A stretch of 64,000 nucleotides of DNA, from contig NC_042998.1 in assembly GCF_006345805.1 (NCBI RefSeq), positions 20,088,001 through 20,152,000 on the forward strand. Reading direction: 5' to 3'. Made by a program: the position numbers and the translations under genes. Shown piece by piece: positions 24,970-37,016 of this stretch. Within the stretch, counting starts at the first letter, position 1; every line of letters starts with the position of its first letter. Source of the DNA: Octopus sinensis (Eukaryota). Under the pieces are notes generated by a model, which saw only the letters and a program-made list of their open reading frames with translations, was not told the DNA's origin and did no database searches.

Positions 24970-25135
24970 GTGATGATGATGATGATAATAACATACCTTA
25001 GGAATGAGAACCCAGGTTCGAAATTTCCCCGAGACACCTGATGAAGGCTGGAGAGTATATCAGCCGAAATATTGTGGTAACAACAAAAAAGATGAAGATA
25101 AATGAGATGAAATGTAAATAATGTACTTAATTTTC
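24836..25135 (+). mobile_element. SINE family D (tRNA head, (AAT)n, Penelope-like tail with hammerhead motif)
   Basis: GGCGTAGTGGTTAAG A box, TTCGATTCC B box, (AAT)n, then a tail homologous to 12530-12691. Confidence 0.82.
25034..25077 (+). ncRNA. Minimal type-I hammerhead ribozyme motif (PLE type)
   Basis: acac-CTGATGA-A-GGCTG(gagagtatat)CAGCC-GAAA-TA-TT-gtgg: conserved core, 5-bp stem II, palindromic minimal stem III and partial stem I. Confidence 0.65.
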
Positions 25136-25184
25136 TTTTTCTTCACACACACACACACACACAGACATACACACATATATATCT

Positions 25185-25521
25185 AAGCCGAATATTTTTC
25201 AAATTGCTCAGTATAAGGTTATTAACTTTACTACCATATTCATATATTTATTTCTAGAAAAAAAAGCCTTATGATAGTAGGCTTTACACTTGAGTAAATT
25301 ATTGAAATTTAAGGTTGTCACATACAACGAAAATTTGCCAAGTGTTTTTAACATAGTTTATCTAAAAATATTTATTTTTGAAATATGTTATTCCATAGTC
25401 TAGAAATAGAACTAAATACAATATTTATATTTAGATGAATTTTCTATAAATATCCCTAGTCAATGTTCTAATCTCACCATTACGATGTGCTTCTCTGGGC
25501 AATTTGAAAAATATTCGGCTT
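25185..25521. mobile_element. MITE-like element with perfect 23-bp terminal inverted repeats
   Basis: AAGCCGAATATTTTTCAAATTGC at 25185-25207 and its reverse complement at 25499-25521. Confidence 0.6.
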
Positions 25522-26309
25522 GACTCTGGTTGTTTGACTAGCCACAGTAAAGCTCTCACAATGGAGCTTCTTTACTGTATATGTTAGTAAAATTTGTGGC
25601 ATTCTAATGCCCAATAGAATTCTTTGATAATTTTGTCCACATTATGAAAGCAGCATTTCAGTGATAATCTAAGACAAAATTTTCTCATGCATTAACTGGC
25701 AAATGATAAGTTTCAGTGAAATAATTATATTCACGATAAGGAATGTTTTCTAGATAATTTCTTTTAATTAGACATTTGCTGAAGTAATATAGTAAACACG
25801 CCGGAATTAACTCTTTACCGATTGAATATTTTGTAATATATTATCAGCACCTGAAAATAAATACTATCATTCGATGACCATCTTACATTCATTAAATCGA
25901 AATCGATTTACAGCAGAACTAACGGTTTCATTGACTGAAGGTTTAAGTAAATCTGTCACTAATTTCATTAATTTTATCTTTCTTCTTCGATTGTCCCCGT
26001 TTCAATCCTTTTTCCCTTCAGCACACAGTCCACAGTTGTATTTGAAATTAAAATATTCACGTTCAATCCGTATTTGCATATCTTTCCATATTAACTGCCG
26101 TGTGTCATCAGAATTATGTACCGAGGGCGTTAGACTTGAAAAATTATCTTCTGGTGATAAGGTTTGACAAAGTGACAAACAGACGGACGGACAGACATGG
26201 AAACCCGTTTCTTACAATAATATACATTTCATAATGCATTATTCATAACCATAACACAAGCCGTCATAAACGGAATAGTTGTCACTAGCGTCAAACAGCG
26301 TGACATCAT

Positions 26310-26525
26310 CTATCTATCTATATATATATATATATATATATGATATAATATATATTATATATATATATAGTATGTATATATATATATATAGATGTATGTA
26401 TGTATGTATGTATGTGTGTATGTATGTAATATATATGTATGTATGTATTATATATATATATAAATGTATGTATGTATATTATATATATAAATGTATGTAT
26501 GTATGTATATATATACATATATTTG

Positions 26526-26569
<44 letters not shown>

Positions 26570-26639
26570 GTATGTATATATTAATATATATGTATGAATG
26601 TATGTATGTATGTATATATATATATATATAATATGTATG

Positions 26640-26692
<53 letters not shown>

Positions 26693-26745
26693 ATGCATGT
26701 ATACATAAATGTGCATGCTTACATATATATGTATATACACATGCA
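26310..26745. repeat. (AT)n/(ATGT)n microsatellite
   Basis: Direct inspection. Confidence 0.95.
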
Positions 26746-26746
26746 C

Positions 26747-27061
26747 ATATGGGTACAGGACGTCAAAAAAACGTAAACAACGTGAAAAACGGAAACATGA
26801 ATTACAACATGGTAAACGAACATTTTTTGCGAACGACGAAAGAAGCAAATAGAAAAACAAGACCGGAAACATAAAGAACAGTCCCTTCATGCGGTGTACA
26901 TAAAACAGTGGACAACTAATGAAGGGATCGTTCTTTATGTTTCCGGTCTTGTTTTTCTATTTGTTTCTTTCGTTGTTCGCAAAAGATGTTCGTTTACCAT
27001 GTTGTAATTCATGTTTCCGTTTTTCACGTTGTTTACGTTTTTTGACGTCCTGTACCCATAT
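26747..27061. repeat. Long foldback (arms about 144 bp, loop about 28 nt), probably Penelope pLTR-derived
   Basis: 26747-26890 is the near-perfect reverse complement of 26919-27061. The symmetry extends into the flanking microsatellite. Confidence 0.92.
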
Positions 27062-27137
27062 ATGTATGTGTATTTACATGTATATGTAAGCATGTACATG
27101 TATGTATGTATATATACATATATATATAAATAAATTA

Positions 27138-27168
<31 letters not shown>

Positions 27169-27626
27169 GATGCATACACAGATAGATATACATATATTGC
27201 ATATATACATATACATATAATCTATATGTTTATATATATATTATATTGTGCGTGTATGTATAAACATATATATAATATATATAATATATATATATATATG
27301 TAATACATACAGTAATATAGATATATATATGTATATACATACAGTATATATATATATGTATGTATTATATATATGCATATATAAATGTCTGTTTATATAT
27401 ATGTATGTCCGTGTATAAATATATACATATTATATATGTATGTATATTATATATGTGTGTATGTATGTAACAAGTTTTTACGTATATGAATCTTGGTAGC
27501 ACGAAAAACTACATAGCTCTCTTACGTACTTACGTATACCAGGTATGTGTATATCCTGTGTGCATAGACAGATGCCTGCTACTGTATGTACAAGTGTGTA
27601 AGTATGTATATATGCCCGCACACGAG

Positions 27627-27679
<53 letters not shown>

Positions 27680-27774
27680 ATATATATATATATATATAGT
27701 GGGTGTATATGTATATATATATATATATAAGTGTGTATATGTATATATATATATACACTCACACATTATCTTTA

Positions 27775-27915
27775 TGCTACGTTATGCTGATGTGATTGAA
27801 GCTATTAACAATGACAGTGCTAGTTGATTCGAGATTTTGTTAATCACTCAGCCGCAAATGCACAAGAAATGGGTCTCCAAATTAAACCTGACAAGACAGA
27901 ACGCATGACTACACA
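27775..27915 (+). mobile_element. Degenerate LINE RT fragment (RTE/CR1-like)
   Basis: YADV...ANAQEMGLQIKPDKTERM resembles the YADD...GLxINxxKTxxM region. Confidence 0.55.
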
Positions 27916-28354
27916 TAAATGACTGCCAGAATTAGGTACAAGAGTTCATAGTAGACTTATAAAGAAATTAGTAGAATTTCTTTATAAGTCTTTATAAGAA
28001 TGTCTTTATATACGACATAAAACTATTAACTTCCAGGTCGGTTTTTGTCAAGGAATACATTACGCGTGAATAAGTTTTGCTACAGGAAAAGAACAAAGAT
28101 CTTTTGACGCTCAATCAAATACCAATTAATGCCAATGTTAAGATAAAAGCAGGAATGTCGCTGCAGTTCTCAAGTTCGTTCCGACTCCAGACGGTCTCAG
28201 ACTCTAAAACATTAAATCCACCGCCTTACTATGGAAGTGTCTCTGAAATTTGTAGAAAAGTGTATGGGAAACATGTCACAAATTTTACACGTGCATGCAA
28301 CCCCTCGCATATGTTTGCGGAGTGTGTGTGTGTGTGTGAGTGCAAATATGTGTG

Positions 28355-28389
<35 letters not shown>

Positions 28390-28568
28390 ATGTATGTATG
28401 TATATATATATAGGTATGTATATATATATATATATATACATATATATATGTGTGTGTGTGTGTGTATATATATGTGTATGAATGTATATATGTATATATA
28501 GGTACGTATATATATATGTGTGTATATATATATATGTTTATATATGTGTAGGTATGTATATATATGTG

Positions 28569-28599
<31 letters not shown>

Positions 28600-28789
28600 G
28601 TGTGTGTATGTATGTATGTATATATATGTATATATATATGTACATATATGTATGTATATATGTATGTATGTGTGTATGTATATATATATATATATATTAG
28701 TAAAAACGGTAAGATAACAAAAGAAAGAAAGAGACCTCAATATTATGTAAATAGAGGAAATTATATATATATATATGAATAAACACCTA

Positions 28790-28945
28790 TAGAACTAAGA
28801 ACGTTATTTAACAACGCACAGTGACAACACAGTCTAGCAAAATGAGTTATATTGGAGCAACCCAAAATGAAATAAAACTAAGACTTACAACCCACCAACA
28901 TTCTTTTAGAAACACAAACTTAATTAATTCGACAGATGTTAAGAC
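28790..28945 (+). mobile_element. Penelope-like element GIY-YIG endonuclease fragment
   Basis: SYIGATQNEIKLRLTTHQHSFRNTNLINST matches PLE YIGxT...KxRxxxHxxSF...ST. Confidence 0.75.
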
Positions 28946-29139
28946 TTTTGTACTCCTCATGAAATAAATTTATCTATTACTTCTCTTGGATTTCATCTGA
29001 AGAGATCTCTGCATTATACTTTTCACTGTTCGATTACTATGAGGTACGATAGCTGGGTCCACGAGAAGAGCTTTCTTTGATAGCCGCACGATTCTATAAG
29101 TCCATATATCGCTCTACAAGTTTATGTACGTAAGTACAC

Positions 29140-29152
29140 ATACATGTGTGTG

Positions 29153-29201
<49 letters not shown>

Positions 29202-29234
29202 GTGTGAATGTGTATTTGTGTGTGTGTGTGAGTG

Positions 29235-29286
<52 letters not shown>

Positions 29287-30151
29287 CATATATAAATATA
29301 TACATATATACATATATATATACATATACACACACACATTGACAAAGGGAGGGGAGAGACCAAATATGAGAAGATAAATATATAAATATATAGATAGGTA
29401 GGTAGGTAGGTAGGTCAATAGACAGACAGATAGACAAATAGGTTTGAATGTAGTTAACTAAATAGCTAGACAGGTAAGAAACTAGATGAAGAGAGGGACA
29501 GATAGACAGACAGACACAAAGACAGACAGACACACAGACAAACAGACAGACAGACAGACACATTTAGGTATGTATGTGTAAAGGGAGACTGACACTCATT
29601 ATTCGTGTATTGTAAACAATGCAATTTCAACCTGCGGTTCTGCATTCTAACTCAGAGGTTAGCCATTTATGCATGTTTCTCTTTAACTCTGGCTCGCCAC
29701 ACGCATTTTGGGTAGAATTGAGTAGAAGCATATCTGCAGCATAAAAATAAACAAATATTACAGTCTTGCCACGCAGTGATGAGTATTTCTGCTTGATTTC
29801 TTGTTAAGCATACGACTTTCTATTTAATGCTCTTCCAGTTACATAATCATTCAGGAAGAACAATTCAGTTGATTACACTGTCCTTTCATCACCTTGGAGA
29901 CCCTACGCTACCACCGTATACATTTTATCGCGCGTTCTGTGTGTGTGTGTGTGTTTGTGTGTGAAAGAGAGATTGTGTGTGTGTGTTGGTATGTATGTGT
30001 GTGTGCATATATATATATATTCATACATATATTCATGTGGAAATATAAATATATATTTATCATGTACAAATATATATATATATTATATATATATATATTA
30101 TATATATATATACATTCATACATGCATATAAATATATTCGTATATAAATTC

Positions 30152-30182
<31 letters not shown>

Positions 30183-30323
30183 TATATGCAATGTTATAAG
30201 CATATCTATTCATGTATGTATGCACACGTAAGTTTATATATGTGTGTATATGTGTCCGTGTGTGTGCGTATGTGTATGTATATCAACATATACATATGCA
30301 TACCACACACACACACACACACG

Positions 30324-30355
<32 letters not shown>

Positions 30356-30615
30356 CAAGCATGTATATGTGTAAATGTATAAGATAGATAAATAGACAGA
30401 TAGATATATAGGTAGATAGATAGATACATACATACATACATACGTACATACATACATACATACATACATACATACATACATACATACATACATACATACA
30501 TACATACATACATTTATACATACATACATACAAACATGTATACATGCCTGTAGACATACATTCGCACGTTCTTTTATATATGTATACATACATGTGTATA
30601 CACATATGTATTTCA
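29140..30615. repeat. Microsatellite-dominated block ((GT)n, (AT)n, (AGAC)n, (ACAT)n) with a short unique spacer
   Basis: Direct inspection. Confidence 0.9.
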
Positions 30616-30848
30616 TGTGATTACATGATCGACCAGACTGTCGGACATTTCTATATTTCTTACCATAACAAGCTTTGAATAGTTTTAACGGTAAATTTTG
30701 ATATTAACAGACGCACGATTTTCACTATGACCACAAAAAGAATACGGAAGACGACCAAGAGTCACATGGAGATGAAATGGTTGTATTTCGACCGGCAGCT
30801 CCAAGACTGGGATAGTATAGCCCTTTTCCTTCAAGTTGTGACGATTAC

Positions 30849-30879
<31 letters not shown>

Positions 30880-30886
30880 TATCAGG

Positions 30887-31043
30887 GGGACATCCATTAT
30901 GCTAGAAGTAGATCTGCTATGGTCTTACCACTAAGAAGAGAATGTCCTGTAGAGAACACATATATGTCATGTGCACATTTGAGAACATTCCTTTCTTAGA
31001 GGTAAGACCATAGCGGATCTTCTTCTAGCGTAATGGATGTCCA
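30887..31043. repeat. Foldback hairpin (arms about 62 bp)
   Basis: GGACATCCATTATGCTAGAAG...GGTCTTACC versus GGTAAGACC...CTTCTAGCGTAATGGATGTCC. Confidence 0.85.
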
Positions 31044-31190
31044 CGTAGTGGTGATCCTTCTCATATGTATGTAATATAATTTTTCTGAATCTTCAGATTT
31101 TAATATCCTAGACCACTGGTTTTAAATTGATATTAATCAAATTAATATTCAATTTTTCACCTTTATTATTCTAAATTTATATGAATATAT

Positions 31191-31221
<31 letters not shown>

Positions 31222-31286
31222 GTATATAGAGAGATAGATAGATAGATAGATAGATACATACATACATACATACATACATACATACA

Positions 31287-31322
<36 letters not shown>

Positions 31323-31501
31323 TATGGTCGTTTTAATGTGTATAATTTAGTATAGTAATGTTTAGTACAATATTAATAATATATTTAAATTCATATTTTA
31401 TTATAGATAATATCTTTCATTATTAATTGAATTACTTTGATGGAGGTTCTATCTCTTAATTATATATGCATATATATATATATATAGCCCCACTGCTATA
31501 T

Positions 31502-31552
<51 letters not shown>

Positions 31553-31580
31553 TATATATATAGATATGTATGTATGTAGT

Positions 31581-32134
31581 GTCAGGTCACTTTCGAGTGC
31601 TACTAGCAACATGTAACCCAGTACAACCTGTTGCATGGTCGGGTCGTCAGCGACTAAACCGGCGACCCCACCAAGCTGGCTTGGGGAGGTGGGTGTTTAT
31701 TGGACACCCAGCCAGATGAAAGACAAAATCCATCAAAGGGCGGAGGAACTCTTGAGAGTCAACGGCCATCCAATAAATATCTGAAGGCTGTATCATGCGC
31801 GGGAACATAGAAATAATCGGACTGAATACCCGATCGCGCGGTTAAACCATTGGGAGTGAAGGACTCCTAGCCTTTGTTAGGGCATCCCTCTAGGAGAAGG
31901 TAACTCAGGTAACTGGGATAACTCCGACATAAAATCTGCGGTTCAGTGGTTACCGATGATGTTGACTTGATCTTCTTTTCGGATTATGGCTGCTGTTGCT
32001 TAGTGGGTGGGATTGACTCAGTGCACAGCCTTTCCTCACTTTAAAAAAAATCTTCTTGCATAGGCATTGCACGATAACAACATTGATTAAGCTTCGTGCA
32101 ATGGCCATACTCGATAACGAGGAGGCAGCCACCA
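31581..32134 (+). mobile_element. Internally deleted RTE-like element (5' UTR joined to 3' tail)
   Basis: Contains GGGCATCCCTCTAGGAGAAGGTAACTC, which resembles RTE/BovB 5' UTRs, and the same 3' tail as 11679-11722. No RT sequence; (ATGT)n on both flanks. Confidence 0.7.
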
Positions 32135-32372
32135 TGTATGTATGTGTTTGTATATGTTTGTGTGTCTGTGTTTGTCCCCCCCCCCAACAACGCTTGACAG
32201 CTAGTGTGTTTACGTCCCTGTAACTTAGCGATTCGGCAAAAGAGAACCGAATGAATAAGTACTAGGCTTACCAAGAATAGGTCCTGTGGTCGATTTGTTC
32301 GACTAAAGGTGATACTCCAGCATGGCCACAATCAAATGACTAAAACAAGTAAAAGAGTAAAAGAGTAAGAGT
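32135..32372 (+). mobile_element. SINE family A 3' half
   Basis: Body and tail match family A. Confidence 0.85.
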
Positions 32373-32552
32373 ATATAGTATATGGTAGTCTTCCGTAATT
32401 GCAGTCTTTGTAGTCTTCCGTAATTTTTTATTTCGTAGTGAAATTCGTGCAGGTTTTAATACCAAAATTTACCGTTTTAACTTTCAAATGATGCCATTCC
32501 GCTTTCTTTATAAGTAGACAAACCCTCCCCGTGATCCCAACGCAGCTCCGTC

Positions 32553-32705
32553 ACTGGATTATCGCCAAGTGGGTTGGAGTAACGTAAAATGAAGTGCTTT
32601 CCTCAAGAATACAATGCACAACCGGTCTGCAAATCGAAACCACGATACATATATCGCGAGTGGTATATGTACCATGATTGCAATACGACTAACAACTAGG
32701 CCATA
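32553..32705 (-). mobile_element. Old SINE family E (CORE/V-like)
   Basis: Diverged homologue of 51616-51860. Confidence 0.6.
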
Positions 32706-34156
32706 CGCATACACAGACACAGACATACACATACACATACACATACATGCGCACGCACAAATACACACACATATACTAACATACACCTGCATTCATACAT
32801 ACACATCCATACAAACACGCAAGCACACACACACACACTATATATATATATATATAATGATGCATACACACAAATGTACGTACGCATGTACTTTTGAGTG
32901 TAAGTGGGTATGTATATAAAAGAGAAAGATATAAAGAAAGATAAATAAGACAGAGATGCACGCACGCACATATACATACACACATATACATACACACATA
33001 CACACACAAAATTACATGAAAATACTTGTATATATGTGTTATATGTATATAAATATATATATACATATTTGTGTGTGTGTGTGTGTGTGTAGGCGTTCGT
33101 TTCACAAGATTTATGTGGATATGTATATATGTTGCGTATTTATGAATTTGTATGTGTATATATATGTTTTTATGCATGTGTGACTGTTTGTCTGAGACCG
33201 TGACTGCTGCTTAAATTGCTGCACGCACGCGCACATTCGCGTGCAATTCAATAAAAAAACCAATGTACTTAAAATTAGGTTTCCCCAACTAAATGGGCCT
33301 TTAAACAACGTTTGGATGAAAATTTAACAAAACTATAAGGGTTGTGTCCCTTTAAAATTATTTTTCTGTTATTTTTATTTTTTCTCTTATTTTTAACAAT
33401 CACTACTTAGTCTTTCACTTTTTAAATTATTTCAACAACTTTTGGGGAAAATAATCAATATTTGTCTAATTAGTTAACTTGAAGAACATTAGGCGTCAAG
33501 ACTTCTGACGACAATTCTCTTGCTTTTCGCTGGCAAAATTGATTAAATAATAAATACCAGAAAGATACTGGCGTCGTTGTTTACCAACTGCATTATCTCC
33601 CCTTACGCGTATCGTCTGATATCGCTCGAAAACTGATTGCTTTGATAAAATGAAAGACACGTTTCGCCGACATTTAAGTCACCAAATGACTTTGGGAAAG
33701 GTATGAATGTCGTATCGTAACATCTACCTTTCTAACTGTGCATCATTTTATTTATACAAAAGCAGCGAAATAAATCCAACGTTGAGGGTTTCGATACCAG
33801 TAGTCATCGTTATAGCTCTTATGAAATTTTTCCTAAAAAATTTTCGGTGATCGCTGTTATTATTATAATTATTATTTTTAATTATTTATTAGTATTATCA
33901 TTACAAATCAATATTTGAATGAGTCATCATTATGATAAGTTTATATTAGGTTTAGAATCAATATATTTCATTGAGGTTGTCTTTTTATAAAGCAAGCCCT
34001 CGTGTAAATAACGGTTTATTGATTTTATGTATCATTCACATGACCAAATGAAAAGTGGAAAAGATTGATGTCCGGAGGGCGGCCATTCTCCTTTGTTTTC
34101 ACAGGTCAGCTGTATTGAGACCTTATAGCTCTGTAGCGATCAGATGTTTCTGCGCG

Positions 34157-34164
34157 TATATAAA
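34157..34164 (+). promoter_or_regulatory. Possible TATA box for the Cys-rich peptide gene
   Basis: TATATAAA lies about 45 nt upstream of a donor (AAC|gtaaat, 34207) and about 250 nt upstream of the signal-peptide ATG. Positional inference only. Confidence 0.2.
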
Positions 34165-34409
34165 CAGTGTTGCGATTCCGTATCGAGTTGATATTCATCA
34201 AAAGAACGTAAATTCTGCGGAGATTTAAAATACAAAAATATTTGTTCTTATCGTTAACAAGTAAATGTTGTCATTAGTTTGAACGACAAGGAACATCTCT
34301 TTAGACAAGTATGGAAGTTTGAAAGGTCGAAGTTCATATGAGATTTTATAGGATCCGATAAAACAGTAGTCGCTGTCATGTGTTTCTTGGAGTTAACTAG
34401 TTAAGGTGT

Positions 34410-34515
34410 ATGGCTGTCGCTGCCATCGTCGTCATCGGCTATTTCTTTTTTTTATTATGGACAGGGTTCTATGCTACTTCTCCTGATTCTCTGCTGAAAT
34501 TTGCTGTCTGCTCTA
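34410..34515 (+). CDS. Candidate signal-peptide exon MAVAAIVVIGYFFFLLWTGFYATSPDSLLKFAVCS
   Basis: The ATG is followed by a hydrophobic core of about 15 residues and a small-residue cleavage site (GFYA/T). The only phase-1 donor available (A|gtttcc) is weak. Confidence 0.3.
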
Positions 34516-35558
34516 GTTTCCACTGGCTGGTGGCTAAAATTCACTAAATGGTCAGAAAAAAGCGTACAAAAGATGAAATTGTTTATTAAAATCGATTCCA
34601 CAATAAGTCTTGAATAGTCACGTTTTTTCTTATGACGGCGGTAATATTTCATGGAATAGCGACAAAGTAACTTAGTCTCTTTTTCTTTTCTGAATTTTTT
34701 TTGTGGGAGGTGGCGGATATAGTGATCCGAGTTCGATTCCAAAGTGTTTAACGACTACCAAACATCGATCATACGTTCCCTATTTCCTTTTGATGTAATT
34801 GTTTAAAATTTCGGCAGAAGTCCAAAACTTCTTGTAGGAGTGGATTAGTCAATTACATCGACTCCAGTTCTAACTGATACCTTAATTTATCAGCTCCGGA
34901 AAAGCGTAAGAAAAAGCTTACATCGGTGGGATTTGAACTCATTAAGCAAGTGATCTGAAAGATCGCGGCTAATCCTTTAGACCGGTGCCCAAACAATTCT
35001 GCGAGACCGCCACCTCTTAAGCCTTGTAAAGAAAAATGCAGATATATGTGTGAATAATGTATATGTATGTGTATATATATGTATGCATAAATATGAGTGC
35101 AAGCATGGCAGGGAGGTTAAGGAGTACGCTTTGCAGTCAGGAAGAATCAGGTTCGATCTCGCTGCCTATCATCTTCTGCAACCGACTTTTAAGATAGCTT
35201 CGGGGCGTCATGAACCAAGTGATTAAAGATTGCTTAAAACTGAACAGATGGGAAACCCGACAAATGAATAAAAAATAATACTCTGTGCTAAATTCGTCAC
35301 ATTCTATTTAATGCTGAAATTGATAGCACAGTCTGAGTTGCATTGAAAATGATTCTTTTAAAATTAACAGCTTATTTTGCCAATTGTGCTTAGATTATCA
35401 TAAAGAAAACCGCGAATATACATTTCTGTGAAATTTTATTAAAACTTTGAGGAAATAATATCGGAGGTGAGTACCACACCGAAGATGTGTTTGCATATAT
35501 ACTTGCTAGCGTGCGTGTGAGTGAGTGTGCGTCGTGTATGTGTGTGTGTGTGTGTGCG

Positions 35559-35597
<39 letters not shown>

Positions 35598-36047
35598 CGG
35601 TTTGACATCTATTTCCAACATTTAGTTTCTAAGTGTTTTTATTTTCCTTTTTGCCCCTAAAACGCCCAACATTGTATCTTGGTAGTCCTTAAACAAAATA
35701 GGCGGCGAGCTAGCAGACTCGTTAGCACACCAGACAAGAAGCTTAGCAGCATTTTGTCTGTCTTTACGTTCTGAGTTCAAATTCGACTGAGGTTGCTCGA
35801 CCTTTCATCCTTTCGGGGGCCATGAAATAAGTACCAGTTGCGTGACACTGTACCAAAATTAGACACCTTAATTAACCAAAAATTAAATAATTTTCGTCTG
35901 TATGTGTGTGCGAGTATGCTTGCGTGCGTGCATGCGTGCGAGTATGTGTGTTTAATTTAAGTCACTGTTAGTACTACTTGTAAGATGTAATTCAATACAA
36001 CTGGTACGGTTGGACCGTCGGTGACTAAACTGACAATCTTTCCATAG

Positions 36048-36213
36048 TGCGGAGTGTCGAAGATGATTTTCGCTGGAGACCTTGCAGATCGAAATACAAA
36101 TTCTGTCAAAGGGCGTATGAAATAATTGCAGGCAACGGATATTCAACAGCTGAGCGTAAGAGAGCCCCTAACATTTGTTATGATTTCTCTTTAATAGAAG
36201 GAATACAGAGAAT
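36048..36213 (+). CDS. Exon of a Cys-rich ShKT-like peptide: xRSVEDDFRWRPCRSKYKFCQRAYEIIAGNGYSTAERKRAPNICYDFSLIEGIQR(I)
   Basis: Branch/acceptor actgacaatctttccatag and donor AAT|gtgagt. Only one frame is open across the 166 nt (phase 1-2). Confidence 0.62.
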
Positions 36214-36530
36214 GTGAGTCAATTTCACTGGAACAGTCCTCTTTTCTCATACAAACAAGTCATAATAGTGAATTAAAACCTATATTATTGATTTACTGGA
36301 ACCCACTTTGTTGCAAGCATTCATTGAGAAAACAGAGAAAACATTCCTCCCCCATTTTGTCCCTCTTGGATGTCCTTGAAGAAACATAGATACTGTATTC
36401 CTTTCTGGCAAAAAGATAAAAACAAAATATTCTAAAGAATAAAAAGTTTTGAATAGTACAACAATGCACTATAATATTTTTTAATAAATGGACTATATAC
36501 CTGTTGTAATTTAGTCATCCATAGTCCGAT

Positions 36531-36559
36531 GATATTTCGGAATACAATTCCTTCTTCAG
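36531..36559 (-). ncRNA. Hammerhead core motif (- arm of foldback)
   Basis: Minus strand reads CTGAAGA-A-GGAA(TTGTA)TTCC-GAAA-TA-TC. Confidence 0.5.
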
Positions 36560-36639
36560 ATATTCTTAGATGGAGTCGCTGCTATAATCGGTTTTCCAAC
36601 GGCTAAAAACCTTATAGTAGCGACTCCATCTAAGAATAT

Positions 36640-36668
36640 CTGAAGAAGGAATTATATTCCGAAATATC
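36640..36668 (+). ncRNA. Hammerhead core motif (+ arm of foldback)
   Basis: CTGAAGA-A-GGAA(TTATA)TTCC-GAAA-TA-TC. Stem I is only 2 bp proximally. Confidence 0.5.
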
Positions 36669-37016
36669 ATCGGACTATGGATGATTAAGTTACAACAGAT
36701 ATATAGCCCATTGTTTGTATTATAGTGCATTTTGTACTATTCAAAACATTTTATTCTTTAAAAACAATACACAATGCTTCAAACGAGCTACAATACTCTC
36801 CCAAAATATTCTATTCGACGTCCTCGCAACCCTGCGAATTAGCTGCCTGTGCCTCGATACATTAATGTAAAAACTGGAAAAAAGACAATACATGATCTGA
36901 GCTAAAACACATTGAATAATAGGTATCCTCGCCCAGAGTTCCGACTACGGTTGTCACCACTCAATGCGATTGCACCTTTGTAAATAAGTAAAAGTACGGA
37001 TTCCTTGACTTTCAAG

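Larger units (their letters stand above)
36433..36760. repeat. Intronic foldback (arms about 160 bp, loop under 10 nt) of Penelope pLTR type
   Basis: 36433-36596 is the near-perfect reverse complement of 36604-36760. Confidence 0.92.

Noticed and set aside
34105-34207. 103-nt exon candidate SAVLRPYSSVAIRCFCAYINSVAIPYRVDIHQKN
   Set aside because: The acceptor is good, but the phase does not connect to the 36048 exon and the segment contains the putative TATA box. Left unresolved.
36156-36197. Apparent 42-nt intron (gtaaga...cctaac...tttaatag) inside the peptide exon
   Set aside because: It is very short, it is open in frame, and it carries one of the pattern cysteines, so it is treated as coding. 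An in-frame alternative splice remains possible.
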